A DNA stretch of 64,000 nucleotides from an uncultured Verrucomicrobiae bacterium. GTDB lineage: Bacteria > Verrucomicrobiota > Verrucomicrobiia > Chthoniobacterales > Chthoniobacteraceae. Below, one piece after another: positions 51,842 to 62,591 of the stretch (positions are counted from its first letter, which is position 1; every line of letters starts with the position of its first letter). The position numbers and the translations under genes are program-made. The notes below the pieces were generated by a model. That model had not been told where the DNA came from. It saw nothing but the letters and a program-made list of their open reading frames with translations, and ran no database searches. Location of the stretch: assembly GCA_963769025.1 (NCBI GenBank), contig CAVYKI010000010.1, positions 320,001 to 384,000 on the forward strand. The letters are read 5' to 3'.

Positions 51842-54487
51842 TTACGGGCCGTTCTTGACCTGCACGCGGTAGAAGCGCCGCGGCGCCGCACTCGGCAAGG
51901 AGCCGGTGACCGTGCCGTCGTCGATCCACAGCTTCGTCGTGCCGTCGCCGGAAACTTCTGCGGAGCCGGGATGCCAAGAGAGCAAATCGTCGCTCCACAA
52001 AACCTGGTACACGCGCTGCGGCAGCGTGGGGAAAGTGACCTCATGAAACCCAGTCGTCTGGTTGCGCGTCGCAGCCCAGCCGTAGCGATCCGACACGTGC
52101 GGATTCAGACCGAAGAGGTACTCGGCGAGCGCCGTGTTCCCGTCGCCGTCCGCATCCAGCACCGCATCGGCGGGATCGAAACGGTTCATCCCATTCGCAG
52201 TCTCGAATGCATCCGCCACGCCGTCGCCGTCGCTGTCGGCGGCGCCCTGCTTGATGATGGTGAACGTGTCCGGCACCGTCACATTTTCCCGCACGAACGT
52301 GCCCGTGAGCGTCGTGCCATTCACGTCGAGCACGAGCGAGCCGAGGTTGTTCAGCGAAATGAAATGCGCCGGGTGATTCAGCGAGCCGCCGGTGGCTTGC
52401 CCCGCCGAACCCGCGACCGAGTACACAGCGCCGAAGTGATCGCGCGGCCCGGTGAGCGGCTTGATATAGGCGCCGTTTCCACCGGGCGCCCGTCGCCGGC
52501 GTTCTTCTTCATCGCAGCCGTGAGCGTGGTGGAGATGCCGTAGTGCCCATCGAGCAGATACGAGCGCTCGTAGCAATGGCTGTGGCCGCTCAGCACGAGG
52601 TCCACGCCACCGGCCTCGAGGATGGGCAGGATGTTCTGCCGCATCTCGGCCATCGCTCCGCCGCTGTCGGCCACGCTGTCGGAATCGTGCGAGCCTTTCG
52701 TATAAGGCGGGTGGTGGAAGAAGCACACGATCCACGTCGCAGTGGTGCTCTGAAGATCGTTCTGAAGCCACGTCGCCATCGCGCCCGCCGGCGAGCGGCT
52801 CGCCGTCATCGAGTCGAGGCTGATGAAGTGAATGTTCCCGTAATCGAACGAGTAGTAGTGCTCCGTGCCCGACGCCACGCCGCCGCATTCGCCCGCCGTC
52901 GGAAAGGTGTAGATGTCGAAATACGGATACGTGTCCACGAACGCCGTTGGACTGCGCGGTCTCGTGATTGCCGAGGCACGACCAGAACGGCGTCTTGCGG
53001 AGCATCGTCCCGTACATGTTGAAGACGGCGGCCTGGAATTCCGCGTCAGTGCCGGTGTTGTAGGCGTTGTCGCCGAGTTGCAGCACGAGGCTCGGCGTCC
53101 GCGCGCCGGTCCACGTGTAAAATGCGTCGCGCACGGCGGTCTGGTTGGCCGTCGCGGTGCCGGCATCGCCGAGCACCCAAACACGCGTGCTCACCGCAGA
53201 GCCCGCGACGGGCGGCGTGGTGAAGACATGATCCACACCACTCGCGAGTGTGTCCGACGCGGAGCCGACGCTGTAGTAGTAGGTCGTGCCCGCGGAGAGA
53301 CCGGCCAGTTCCACGACATGCTCGGTCGTTGCGCCGGACTCATCCATCGTGAACGTGAGACTCCCCGCGCTCGTCCCGTAGCTCACCCGCCCCGCCACTG
53401 CCTGGCTGCTCCGCCAGCGGATCGTCATCCGGTCCGGCGCTGCCTTTTGCAAATACGGCCCGCGCGTGAGCGTCCCGCCCGGGCCGGCACTCACCGTCAC
53501 GGCGATCGGTGCCGAGGAAGTGGTGTTGCCGGAATTATCCGTGGCACGTGCGGTGATCCCGTAGCTGCCTGCCGCGACGCCCGTCCACGCGAATTCGTAG
53601 GGCGCAGTCGCATCCTCGCCGAGTTTGGTGGCGCCTTCGAAAAACTCGACCTTGGCGATGCTGCCATCCGTGTCCGATGCCGCGGCGGCGAAATGGATCG
53701 TCGAGCCGGCGGCATACGCCGACCCGTCCGCGGGCGACGTGATCGCGGCCGTCGGTGGCTGCCCGATTGGAAGATCGATGACCACATTATCGAGACCGAG
53801 GATCTGGTCGGGGGAAGTCTCGGTGGCATTGTCATCGACCCAGCGCAGGAGCAATTGCGTGCCCGCGCCCCAGGAACCCGCAAGCGAGACCGCGGTCGCC
53901 GGCACTGTCGTCACACCCGTGGTGCCCGGGACGATCACGCCTGCGGGACCGGTGAGGGTCGGATTGAGCGCGGCGACATTCTGCCATGTCGTGCCGCCAT
54001 CCGCGCTGTAGAAAAGCCAGTAGCCGGGGAGTTGATTCGCCGCGGGCGCGGTGAAGCGACGGATGTCGTAACGGATGCGGACCGCGTTGATTGCGGAGCC
54101 GGTGCCGTTCGTGAGGGCCAGCTGCCACACGAGACCCTGCCCGGAAGTGGGCGACGTTCCGATGGCACGATCGCCAGTGGATGCGGGGAGCGCGTAGTTG
54201 AATCCAGCGGTGTTGCTGCTGGCGGCAAATGACGTCGTCGCGGCCAATGCGTTGTTCAGCGTGCCGCCGCCCACGCTGCCGGCGGGGATTCCCGTGGCAT
54301 TCGTCCACGTCCCGTTGCTGCCGCCGAGCGCTCCGAAGAAGGACCATCCCGCAGGCGGCGCGGTGCCGGTCGTGCCCATGGCATCGAAGTCCTGAATGTA
54401 GCTTCCGTTGAAACTGACCTGCGCGACTGCGCCTTGCGCCAGCAGCGCGAGAAGGACCACGACAAGGAGACGGATGTGGTGCTTCAT
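51842..54487 (-). CDS. Secreted multidomain purple-acid-phosphatase-type metallophosphoesterase (Ig-like, FN3-like, catalytic and C-terminal domains; compensating frameshifts near 52950 and 52485)
   Basis: GDAG, GDNAY, GNHE, HHPPY and GHSH motifs; Ig-like ASDTDGSIAKVEFF; DSDGDG repeats. Confidence 0.88.
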   Translation of the reverse strand: MKHHIRLLVVVLLALLAQGAVAQVSFNGSYIQDFDAMGTTGTAPPAGWSFFGALGGSNGTWTNATGIPAGSVGGGTLNNALAATTSFAASSNTAGFNYALPASTGDRAIGTSPTSGQGLVWQLALTNGTGSAINAVRIRYDIRRFTAPAANQLPGYWLFYSADGGTTWQNVAALNPTLTGPAGVIVPGTTGVTTVPATAVSLAGSWGAGTQLLLRWVDDNATETSPDQILGLDNVVIDLPIGQPPTAAITSPADGSAYAAGSTIHFAAAASDTDGSIAKVEFFEGATKLGEDATAPYEFAWTGVAAGSYGITARATDNSGNTTSSAPIAVTVSAGPGGTLTRGPYLQKAAPDRMTIRWRSSQAVAGRVSYGTSAGSLTFTMDESGATTEHVVELAGLSAGTTYYYSVGSASDTLASGVDHVFTTPPVAGSAVSTRVWVLGDAGTATANQTAVRDAFYTWTGARTPSLVLQLGDNAYNTGTDAEFQAAVFNMYGTMLRKTPFWSCLGNHETAQSNGVRGHVSVFRHLHLSDGGRMRRRGVGHGALLLVRLREHSLHQPRLDDGEPLAGGRDGDVASERSSEHHCDVDRVLLPPPALYERLARFRQRGRQRRSDGRDAAEHPAHPRGRWRGPRAERPQPLLRALVSARWALRHLHHAHGCDEEERRRRAPGGNGAYIKPLTGPRDHFGAVYSVAGSAGQATGGSLNHPAHFISLNNLGSLVLDVNGTTLTGTFVRENVTVPDTFTIIKQGAADSDGDGVADAFETANGMNRFDPADAVLDADGDGNTALAEYLFGLNPHVSDRYGWAATRNQTTGFHEVTFPTLPQRVYQVLWSDDLLSWHPGSAEVSGDGTTKLWIDDGTVTGSLPSAAPRRFYRVQVKNGP

Positions 54488-55347
54488 CGGGGAGAAAGGC
54501 TGGCGAGCGACTCCAGTGCGAATCGCGCCTGTTCGAGCAATCGCGACATCGCGTGCGAACCGCGCTCCAGCGGCGGCATCGCGAGGATCCGCTCCTGAAG
54601 CGCCTTCCACCCGGCGATGCAGTCCCGGGTCCTCCCCGCCCGGGCCAGCAGCGACGCGCGTTTCGCCAGCAAAGGTTCCTTGATGCGTGCTCCCTGAATC
54701 ACCTCATCCATCCGGTGGAGCGCCGCATCGTGGCGCCCGAGTTTCATCTCGATCTCCACGGCGCGGTCCACCAGCGACTGGAGACCGCGCATCCGGGCCA
54801 GCGCCTCGTCAATTGCAGCCAGCGCGTCCACTTCTCGACCGGCGGCGCGGAGGAAGGCGACCAGTTCAAACACGTGATCGGGCTCCGGTTGCGCGACGTG
54901 CGACATCGCGCGCAAAAATTCATCGGCCGCCTCCGCCTTCTCGTCCAGCGCGCCGAGCACCCGCGCCCGCTGCATCAGCGCCGGTGCGCTATCCGGATGC
55001 GACGCCACGAACGTGTCGAGCACCGCCTTCGCCTCCGCAAATCGCCCGCCCGACGCCAGCGCGCGACCTCGCAGCAGCCCGGCGCCGACATCCTGCGTCT
55101 GCCGTTTTTCCGCCTCGTCCACGTCGAGCAGGCAGGCATTCCAGTCCCCGTGTTCGAGGTGGAGAAATGCGCGCCGCAGATACAGCGCGGCATCCTCCGG
55201 CTTCTCGATGATCGCACGGGTGGCGGCATCGATCATTTCGTGACTCGTGCCGTGGGCCAGCGCGGACGCTCCGGGCAGCAAGCCGGCGATTACGGCACAA
55301 AGAGGCGCCGCGATGAGGATGAGAGTTCTGGTTCTGCGGGGATTCAA
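54484..55347 (-). CDS. Secreted TPR protein
   Basis: Signal peptide followed by HGTSHE; helical repeats; overlaps the phosphoesterase start. Confidence 0.8.
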   Translation of the reverse strand: MNPRRTRTLILIAAPLCAVIAGLLPGASALAHGTSHEMIDAATRAIIEKPEDAALYLRRAFLHLEHGDWNACLLDVDEAEKRQTQDVGAGLLRGRALASGGRFAEAKAVLDTFVASHPDSAPALMQRARVLGALDEKAEAADEFLRAMSHVAQPEPDHVFELVAFLRAAGREVDALAAIDEALARMRGLQSLVDRAVEIEMKLGRHDAALHRMDEVIQGARIKEPLLAKRASLLARAGRTRDCIAGWKALQERILAMPPLERGSHAMSRLLEQARFALESLASLSPR

Positions 55348-55417
55348 ACCACCGCCACGATACGAGGCATCCTATCGTTGTCCACCGGCAGACCGTATCA
55401 GGCCTTCATCCGCACAC

Positions 55418-56323
55418 TCACCGCTTCGGCAGCTTCGGGCGCGTCTTGATTCCGTCGCGGATGATCTTCAGCACGCGCTTGCGCTCGTCGCCGGCGATGG
55501 GTAGGCGCGGCTCGCGCACCCACTCGGAACCGAGGCCCGTCTCCTGCGCGCACAGCTTGATGTACTGCACAAAGTGCGGGTGCGTATCGAGCTTCATGAG
55601 CGGCTGGAACCAGCGGTAGAATTTCCGCGCCTCGTCCCATTTTCCCGCACGCGTGAGCTCCCAAAGCCGCTGATTTTCCGCGGGGAATGCGACGCCCGTG
55701 CCCGCAACCCAGCCATCAATCCCGACGATGCTCGCCTCCATGATGAGATCGTCCACGCCGGTGAATACCGCGTAGCGCCCGCCGATGGCGTTGTGGATTT
55801 CCGTGATGCGCCGCGGGTCGCCCGAGCTTTCCTTGAGCGCGACGAACGCCGGCTCATCCGCCAGCTCCGCGAACATCGCGGGCGTGATGTCGTTCCCGTA
55901 GCTGATCGGGTTGTTGTAGATCATCACCGGCAGACCGCCGCCGCGCGCCACGGCGCGGAAATACGCGAGCGACTCGCGCGGGTCGCCCTTGTAGCTCATC
56001 GGCGGCATCAGCATCACGCCGGCCGCGCCGAGCTTCCCCATGTCGCGCACGTAATGGACCGCGACCGCGGTGGACGACTCCGCCACGCCGCTGAGCACCG
56101 GCACACGTCCGGCAGCCACCTCCACCGCGCAGCGCACCACCGCGCGCTTCTCCACGGGTTCCAAGGTCTGGTTTTCCCCGAGCGAACCGCACACGACGAG
56201 TCCGCTCACGCCGCTCGCAATGAGCGCCTCAAAGTGCCGCGCCGTCGCGTCGAGATCGAGCGACTGGTTGCGCTTGAGGTGGGTGATGCATGCGGGGAAT
56301 ACGCCGGTCCAGAGGGGTTTCAT
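55418..56323 (-). CDS. DHDPS/NAL-family lyase (pyrroline-hydroxycarboxylate deaminase-like)
   Basis: GSLGE, YNNP, LKESSGD and GVDD motifs. Confidence 0.88.
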   Translation of the reverse strand: MKPLWTGVFPACITHLKRNQSLDLDATARHFEALIASGVSGLVVCGSLGENQTLEPVEKRAVVRCAVEVAAGRVPVLSGVAESSTAVAVHYVRDMGKLGAAGVMLMPPMSYKGDPRESLAYFRAVARGGGLPVMIYNNPISYGNDITPAMFAELADEPAFVALKESSGDPRRITEIHNAIGGRYAVFTGVDDLIMEASIVGIDGWVAGTGVAFPAENQRLWELTRAGKWDEARKFYRWFQPLMKLDTHPHFVQYIKLCAQETGLGSEWVREPRLPIAGDERKRVLKIIRDGIKTRPKLPKR

Positions 56324-56376
56324 CCGTCCTGTTCAGCGCGAAACCGACGCCGCGTCACGCGCTTTCGCGCGCCCGC

Positions 56377-58374
56377 CTACTCGTTGCCGGCGACCGAAAC
56401 CTCGTCCACATCGATCCGCCCGCCAGCGCCATCCGGCGTACGGATGATTACCACTTTCCCGACGTGCGTGATCGTGTCCGTCCATGAAAACGCCGTCGCG
56501 GCGGGCACCCATCCGGCTGCCTTCGCCTCCGCATCCGTCCAGTCATAGCGCAGCTTCGCGCTCGCTTGCGTCCAGCCGACGCCGAGCGGCTCGGCCAGGA
56601 ATGTCCACTGCGCGACATCGCCGGCAAAAATCTCGAACTTCACGCGGCCGCCCGGCTGCGGCGTGCGGACGGATGCCGTGATGGTCGCGCCATGTCCGCC
56701 AAAAATCTGCGACCAGTCTCCGGCGAGCGGCGAGTCTTTCGCAAGCACCGGCGAGTGGACGAACGGCACAAGCCCCTTCCCGCGCTTCGCCGTGATGTAG
56801 CCTCCCTTCGCGCCGCCTTCCGCGTGATGCTCGATTTCCTCCACGCCCTTCCACCCCTGCGCGTCAGCGTCGAAAGTGATGCCCTGCTTCGCAATCGGCG
56901 CCGCCGGGCGGGAACGCAGCGGATTCGCCACCTCAGGCAGCTTCGTGTCGCGGAGAGTGACGCCACCGAGCGCGTAGAGTTTCGCATGGTGCAATTCAAA
57001 ACGAAACCGCACCGACTTCCCCTTCGTCGCCGCGAAGTCGCCGCGCTTCCAGTTCACCGGAGCGTCCGTCACGTTCGCCGTGATCGGCTCCGACTCAGCG
57101 ACCACTTTCTCGCCATCCAGCGCCCGGACACGCACGCTCCCTCCTTGCGCATCCGCGCTCACGCGCAGCGGCTCACCGCCGGTGGTGAAAGCCCCGCTCT
57201 CGAGCACCGCAGCCTTCCCCTTCTCCACCGGCTCGTAGCCCGCAAAGCGATCCAACGGCAGCCGCGCGAGACTGAGCAGGCAATGGCGCTTCCAGCCCGT
57301 GTGCGGGAAATCCGAGCCGCCGTAGTAGATCAGCATGTCATTCCCCTGCGCGATCGCCGGGCCGGACATCGCGTAGATGCATTCCGAGTCGTAGCTGCCC
57401 TTCGGCCCGCGCGGGATGAACGCCACGCCGGGCGTCACGCGCCGCCACGTGATGCTGTCCGGGCTCCACGCGAGTTCGCAATCCACCGTGCGCCCCTTGC
57501 CGACATTGTAGATCATCGCGTAGCCGAGCCAGATGTTCCCGTAGCGGAAAGGCGTGAGCGCATATGTCTGGCTCGCCTTCCCCTCCTCCACCGATGAGCG
57601 CAGCACCATGCCCGAGTTTTTCCAGTGAATGAAATCATCACTCTCGAAGCGCGCCACCGTGCGCTCGCCGATGTAGAGCTTAGTGAACCACAGATACTTC
57701 TTCAGCCGCCCGTCCCACATCGCGTTGTTGTGTGTGTCGCCGTTCTGCGCGCCGAAGCCCACCACGTCCACCGGCTCGCCCCAATGCACGCCATCCGCGC
57801 TGAACCGCACGTGCGGCTTCCCGAGCCCCGTGTCGTACACCATCTTGTAGCGCCGCGCCGGGTCCGCGTCGTGCGGGTCCTTGAAGACGCCCACGTTCGG
57901 CGTGTCGCGAGCCACGATGTTGTTCCCGCCGCGCCCGTCGAACTTGTGCAAATCCAGCGCCGGCCGCTCCCACGCCACGCCGTCCTTCGACGTCGCGTAA
58001 AGCAGATACCAGCCGACATCATGCACCGTGCTCGGCCCGTCCATCTTCGCGATCACCTCCTTGTCCGAGAGCACGCACTTGTACCACATCTTGAAGACGC
58101 GCTCCTCAGCATCCCACAGCACATTCGGGTAAAGGTTGTTCGTCGCATTCTCCCAAGGCTGGTCCGCGCGCAGCAGCGGATTGCGCGCTTCCTTCACCAG
58201 CGTCCCCGGCGCGAGCCGCGCATTGCTGGAGGAAACGATCACGCGCGAATCCAACACGAGATGCTTCTTTTCATCGGGCATAATCAACCTTGGCGAGTCC
58301 GCCACAGGCCGCGGCTCCACCGCAAAAAGACGGGCACCGAGAACCAACACCAACGCAAGCAGGGGGGATTTCAT
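56377..58374 (-). CDS. Secreted five-bladed-propeller glycoside hydrolase-like protein with an extra C-terminal domain
   Basis: YATSKDGVAWERP, SADGVHW, SDDFIHW and YYGGSD motifs. Confidence 0.75.
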   Translation of the reverse strand: MKSPLLALVLVLGARLFAVEPRPVADSPRLIMPDEKKHLVLDSRVIVSSSNARLAPGTLVKEARNPLLRADQPWENATNNLYPNVLWDAEERVFKMWYKCVLSDKEVIAKMDGPSTVHDVGWYLLYATSKDGVAWERPALDLHKFDGRGGNNIVARDTPNVGVFKDPHDADPARRYKMVYDTGLGKPHVRFSADGVHWGEPVDVVGFGAQNGDTHNNAMWDGRLKKYLWFTKLYIGERTVARFESDDFIHWKNSGMVLRSSVEEGKASQTYALTPFRYGNIWLGYAMIYNVGKGRTVDCELAWSPDSITWRRVTPGVAFIPRGPKGSYDSECIYAMSGPAIAQGNDMLIYYGGSDFPHTGWKRHCLLSLARLPLDRFAGYEPVEKGKAAVLESGAFTTGGEPLRVSADAQGGSVRVRALDGEKVVAESEPITANVTDAPVNWKRGDFAATKGKSVRFRFELHHAKLYALGGVTLRDTKLPEVANPLRSRPAAPIAKQGITFDADAQGWKGVEEIEHHAEGGAKGGYITAKRGKGLVPFVHSPVLAKDSPLAGDWSQIFGGHGATITASVRTPQPGGRVKFEIFAGDVAQWTFLAEPLGVGWTQASAKLRYDWTDAEAKAAGWVPAATAFSWTDTITHVGKVVIIRTPDGAGGRIDVDEVSVAGNE

Positions 58375-58494
58375 GCCCCTAGCTAGACGGCAGCGCAGCC
58401 GCCCGGCAACACCTGCCTCGCGGGCGGCGCGTCCCGCACGGGCAACACTCCGGGATTGCGCGGCGTTGCGGGCTTGCGCAGCCTGCGCGCACGG

Positions 58495-58956
58495 ATGCCT
58501 TACGAATTCACCCTCTCCCATCGCGTGGAGTTTGCCGAGACGGACATGGCGGGCATCGTCCATTTCGCGAATTATTTCCGCATGATGGAGAATGCCGAGC
58601 ACGCGTTCTTCCGCTCGCTCGGCTTCACGGTCCACGGGCACGATGCCGGGACGACGATCGGCTGGCCGCGCGTGAACACGGCGTGCGAATTCCTCAAGCC
58701 GCTGCGCTTCGAGGAGGTCGTGGACATCCAGCTCCTCGTCGCCGAGGTGCGCACGCGCAGCATCCGTTACGCGTTCCGCTTTTGGAAAGACGAGGAAGGG
58801 CAGCGCACCGAGGTCGCCCGCGGGAGCGTGACCGCCGTGTGCGCGACGGTGAAGGCGAACGGCAAGCTCGGCGCGGTCGAGATTCCCGAGGCGCTCCGCG
58901 CAGCCATCCAGCCCGCGCCGGCGGAACTGCTCGCCGATTTGCAGAGGCAGGCCTGA
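58495..58956 (+). CDS. Acyl-CoA thioesterase (4HBT/YbgC-like)
   Basis: VEFAETDMAGIVHFANYFR. Confidence 0.9.
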   Translation: MPYEFTLSHRVEFAETDMAGIVHFANYFRMMENAEHAFFRSLGFTVHGHDAGTTIGWPRVNTACEFLKPLRFEEVVDIQLLVAEVRTRSIRYAFRFWKDEEGQRTEVARGSVTAVCATVKANGKLGAVEIPEALRAAIQPAPAELLADLQRQA

Positions 58957-59013
58957 CGCCTCCCACTTTTCACTTTTCACCTTTCACTCCGCGCCTCTCA
59001 CTCGCAGCACGCA

Positions 59014-59580
59014 ATGTCCAACCCGCAAACAAAGTCTATGACCTGGATTCTCTACGCATTCCTCACCGTCGCCTGCTGGGGCGTCTATGGCGTCTATCTC
59101 CACCGCGGACAGACCGAGATGGCCGACATGGCGAACGGCCGATGGAAGGCGTTCCTGTTCGTCGGATTCGCGTATTTCCTCGTCGCAGTGATCGCGCCGC
59201 TGATCATGCTGCGGCTCAACGGCAAGCCCGGCGACACGAACTTCCTCGCGTATCCGATGAAGGGGCAACTCTGGTCGCTCATCGCGGGAATCGTCGGCGC
59301 GATTGGCGCGTTCGGCGTGCTGCTCGCGTTCGGCGCGGCGCCGCAGCCGAAAGCGGCCTACATCCCGGTGGTGATGTCCATCATCTTCGCCGGCGCGCCG
59401 ATCGTGAATGCGGTCGTCTCGATGCTCTACCATCCGCCGCACGGCGGGCTGGGCGAGGTGAAGTGGCAGTTCTGGGCCGGCATCCTCGTCGCCGCCGTCG
59501 GCGGAAGCATGGTCGCGCTTTACAAACCTGATGCCCCGGCGCCCCCCAAGCCGGGCACCGTGCAGGCGGCAAAGCACTGA
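59014..59580 (+). CDS. Multi-pass membrane protein (DMT/EamA-like half)
   Basis: WGVYG, about five hydrophobic helices, FAGAPIVNA. Confidence 0.75.
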   Translation: MSNPQTKSMTWILYAFLTVACWGVYGVYLHRGQTEMADMANGRWKAFLFVGFAYFLVAVIAPLIMLRLNGKPGDTNFLAYPMKGQLWSLIAGIVGAIGAFGVLLAFGAAPQPKAAYIPVVMSIIFAGAPIVNAVVSMLYHPPHGGLGEVKWQFWAGILVAAVGGSMVALYKPDAPAPPKPGTVQAAKH

Positions 59581-59596
59581 TGCGCGGCGCGCAGCG

Positions 59597-60796
59597 ATGA
59601 GCACGCTCACGAAGCTCCGAGAGCTGCTCGCTGCGATCGCGGGCAACCGCTTCCAAGCCTCACGGCTCGCGGGCCTCGGCGCAATCGCGAGCGTGGAGGA
59701 TTTCACGGCGCGCGTCCCTTTCACGACAAAGGCCGACCTTGTCGCCGACCATGCGGCACATCCGCCATTCGGCACGAATCTCACTTTCCCGCGCGCCGCC
59801 TATACGCGCTTTTGCCAGACGAGCGGGACGACCGCGCAGCCGCTCGCGATCCTCGACACACCGGAGAGCTGGGACTGGATGCTCGGGAACTGGGCGCGCA
59901 TCTATCGCGAAGGTGGCGTCGCACCGGGCGACTGCGTTTACTTCGCATTCTCGTTCGGGCCGTTCCTCGGCTTCTGGACTGCGTTCGAGGGCGCGGCGAA
60001 ATTTGGCTGCCTGTGCATCCCCGGAGGCGGGCTTTCCAGCGCGGCGCGCATCCGCGGCATCATCCGCCACGGCGCGGGCGTCCTGCTCTGCACGCCGACG
60101 TACGCGTTGCATCTCGCAGACGTCGCGGCGCGTGAAGATGTGAGCCTGCGGGATTCGGCGGTGCGGAGAATCATCGTCGCGGGCGAGCCCGGCGGAAGCG
60201 TGCCGGCGATCCGCGAGCGGATCTCCGCCGCATGGAACGGCGCCGAGGTGCTGGATCACTACGGAATGACGGAGACCGGCCCCGTGGCATTCCAGCGAAC
60301 GGGCGAGGACGGGACGCTCCACGCGATCGAGGAGTCGTACTTTTGCGAAGTCGTGGATCCGAAAACCGGCGCACCCGTGGGGCGCGGCGAACTCGGCGAA
60401 CTCGTCCTCACGCCGCTCGGGCGGACGTCCAATCCCCTGCTCCGCTACCGCACCGGAGATTTCGTCCGCCGGCGCGCGGGCGAAGGCTTTGCGCTGGAAG
60501 GCGGAATCCTCGGGCGCACCGACGACATGCTCGTGGTGCGCGGCGTGAACATTTTCCCGAGCGCGGTGGATGCGGTCGTGTGCGGCATCGGCGCGGTCAC
60601 GGAGTACCGCGTGCACGTGCGGCGCACGGGCGAAATGGCGGAACTCGCGATCGAGGTGGAATCCGACGACGACCGCGCGGCCGACCGCGTGGAGACGGCG
60701 CTCGGCGAGGCGTTTTCACTGCGCATCCCGGTCACGCGGGTCGCGGGCGGGACGCTCCCGCGCTTTGAACTGAAGGCGCGCCGCTGGCAGCGCTGA
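59597..60796 (+). CDS. Phenylacetate--CoA ligase family protein
   Basis: TSGTT, AGEPG, DHYGMTE, RYRTGD and GRTDDM..VRGVN motifs. Confidence 0.9.
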   Translation: MSTLTKLRELLAAIAGNRFQASRLAGLGAIASVEDFTARVPFTTKADLVADHAAHPPFGTNLTFPRAAYTRFCQTSGTTAQPLAILDTPESWDWMLGNWARIYREGGVAPGDCVYFAFSFGPFLGFWTAFEGAAKFGCLCIPGGGLSSAARIRGIIRHGAGVLLCTPTYALHLADVAAREDVSLRDSAVRRIIVAGEPGGSVPAIRERISAAWNGAEVLDHYGMTETGPVAFQRTGEDGTLHAIEESYFCEVVDPKTGAPVGRGELGELVLTPLGRTSNPLLRYRTGDFVRRRAGEGFALEGGILGRTDDMLVVRGVNIFPSAVDAVVCGIGAVTEYRVHVRRTGEMAELAIEVESDDDRAADRVETALGEAFSLRIPVTRVAGGTLPRFELKARRWQR

Positions 60797-60800
60797 GCCA

Positions 60801-61628
60801 CTACGCGCCCGCGCCGATGAGCACCGGGCGTGGTGCGAAGATCGGCCCGATCCAGTTCCAGAGCTTCCCACGGGAGACCGGCGGCCGAGCGACCTTGACG
60901 CGCGGTGCGGCCTTCGTCTCCCGGGTGGAACTGCCAACCGGTACCGAGACTGCAGCGGAGACCCGCAGCGTCCCCGGCGTGTCGCGCCTCGTAAACATCA
61001 CGGACGGTGAAGGAGGTGCAGTGATGACCACCCAGTAATGCCGGTAGGGGCTCGAGGGGTCGGAATACACGCCGACGCCAAAGTTCGTCTGGTCGCGGTA
61101 AAAGGAACTCCGAGCGAGCAGGTGCGTGCGATGGGATGCCGAATGCATCCAGGTATCCCATGCCGCGGCTGCAGTCGGCTGCCCGGCGCTGATGGACTCG
61201 ATGAAATTCCCCGAGCGCGAATTGCTCCAAAACGAGGGGAGTTCGTAACCCGCGGACCGGGCGAGGAAATTCGGGCCGTACCCATCGGGGTTCGTGTGGG
61301 AAAAGTAATGCCGCCTCGCCATGTCGGCTGCGCGTGACCGCGCGACGGCAGTCAGGATCGGGTCCAACATCATCCGTCCCCGGTCGCGCTGCTGGCCGCG
61401 ATCCTCCGAGAGAAACCTCGCGAGTTCCTGCTCCTGCGTGTTCAGCGAGACGGCGCGCGCATCCGGCACCAGCGGGGACAACGACGCCAGCGCGATGGCG
61501 GCGGCAGACAAGACACCACGCCACCGGAATCGCCGTGCGGCAGCAGGATGGTGCGAGGTGCTTTCGGTGGCTGGACGGCGCTCCAGAATCCGCGATGCGG
61601 TGGGAGCCTCGGAAATAATGCGGGTCAT
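60801..61628 (-). CDS. CAP/SCP domain protein
   Basis: ARSRAADMARRHYFSH, ESI.AG and WMHSASHRTHLL motifs; start uncertain. Confidence 0.82.
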   Translation of the reverse strand: MTRIISEAPTASRILERRPATESTSHHPAAARRFRWRGVLSAAAIALASLSPLVPDARAVSLNTQEQELARFLSEDRGQQRDRGRMMLDPILTAVARSRAADMARRHYFSHTNPDGYGPNFLARSAGYELPSFWSNSRSGNFIESISAGQPTAAAAWDTWMHSASHRTHLLARSSFYRDQTNFGVGVYSDPSSPYRHYWVVITAPPSPSVMFTRRDTPGTLRVSAAVSVPVGSSTRETKAAPRVKVARPPVSRGKLWNWIGPIFAPRPVLIGAGA

Positions 61629-61816
61629 GGAAAAAATGCGGGGTTGCCAGTACGCTGAATCACGATCCGTGCCACCGGAATGTACGACCCTTCGGATCGG
61701 CGGAAATTTCCGCGACCTCAGACAACTCCGGCACCCACTTCGCGACAGCCCGCCCGCTCGCGGCATCCCTCCGGGCCCGGCAGGAAAAGGCGGGCCCCGG
61801 TTCCGGAACCCCGCGC

Positions 61817-62473
61817 TTACGCGGCTCCCCGGATCGCCCGGATCGCAGCCGCCATGTCTTGCGCGGCGAACACGCTCGTCCCGGCGACCAGCGTGTCGGC
61901 CCCGGCCTCGATGCTCGTCCTTGCGGTGGTCGTGTTGATGCCGCCATCCACCTCGATGCGATACGCGAGACCCCGCTCCCTGCGAATCGCTCGCGCAGCG
62001 CGCACCTTTTCCATCATTTCCGGGATGAACGGCTGGCCGCCGTATCCCGGCTCCACCGTCATGACCAGCACGAGGTCCACATCACCGAGGAAGGGCTCCA
62101 GCTTGGAAAACTTCGTGCCCGGCTTCAGCGTGATGCCGCACTGGATGCCCGCCCCACGGATCGCGCGGAGCGTCGCGGCGACATCGCAGTCCGACTCCGC
62201 GTGGATGGTGATGTTCTTCGCCAGCTTCGCAAAGCGCGGCCAGAACGTGTCGGGCCGCGTGATCATGAGATGCACGTCGAGCGGCACTTTCGCGACCTTC
62301 GCGACCGACTCGCAGAATGCCGGGCCGAACGAGATGTTCTCCACAAGGTGGCCGTCCATCACGTCAAGGTGCAGCCAGTCCGCCCCCGCGGCCTCGACCT
62401 GCCGGATTTGCTCGTGCAGGCGGCCCCAATCCGCCGCGAGAACCGAGGGTGCGATGATGGTCTGGTGCGTCAT
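61817..62473 (-). CDS. rpe: Ribulose-phosphate 3-epimerase
   Basis: IAPSVL, HLDVMDGH, DVHLM, MTVEPGYGGQ and VDGGI motifs. Confidence 0.96.
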   Translation of the reverse strand: MTHQTIIAPSVLAADWGRLHEQIRQVEAAGADWLHLDVMDGHLVENISFGPAFCESVAKVAKVPLDVHLMITRPDTFWPRFAKLAKNITIHAESDCDVAATLRAIRGAGIQCGITLKPGTKFSKLEPFLGDVDLVLVMTVEPGYGGQPFIPEMMEKVRAARAIRRERGLAYRIEVDGGINTTTARTSIEAGADTLVAGTSVFAAQDMAAAIRAIRGAA

Positions 62474-62591
62474 GCCCGCGAGGAAAGCGCGCGCGGACGT
62501 GCGTGGCAAGGCGGAGCGCTCGCGCCAACCGACGGAGAGCATCCGGCAATTGCGCCCTTGTCGGCATCGCGGGATTGCGGGACATTTCGGC

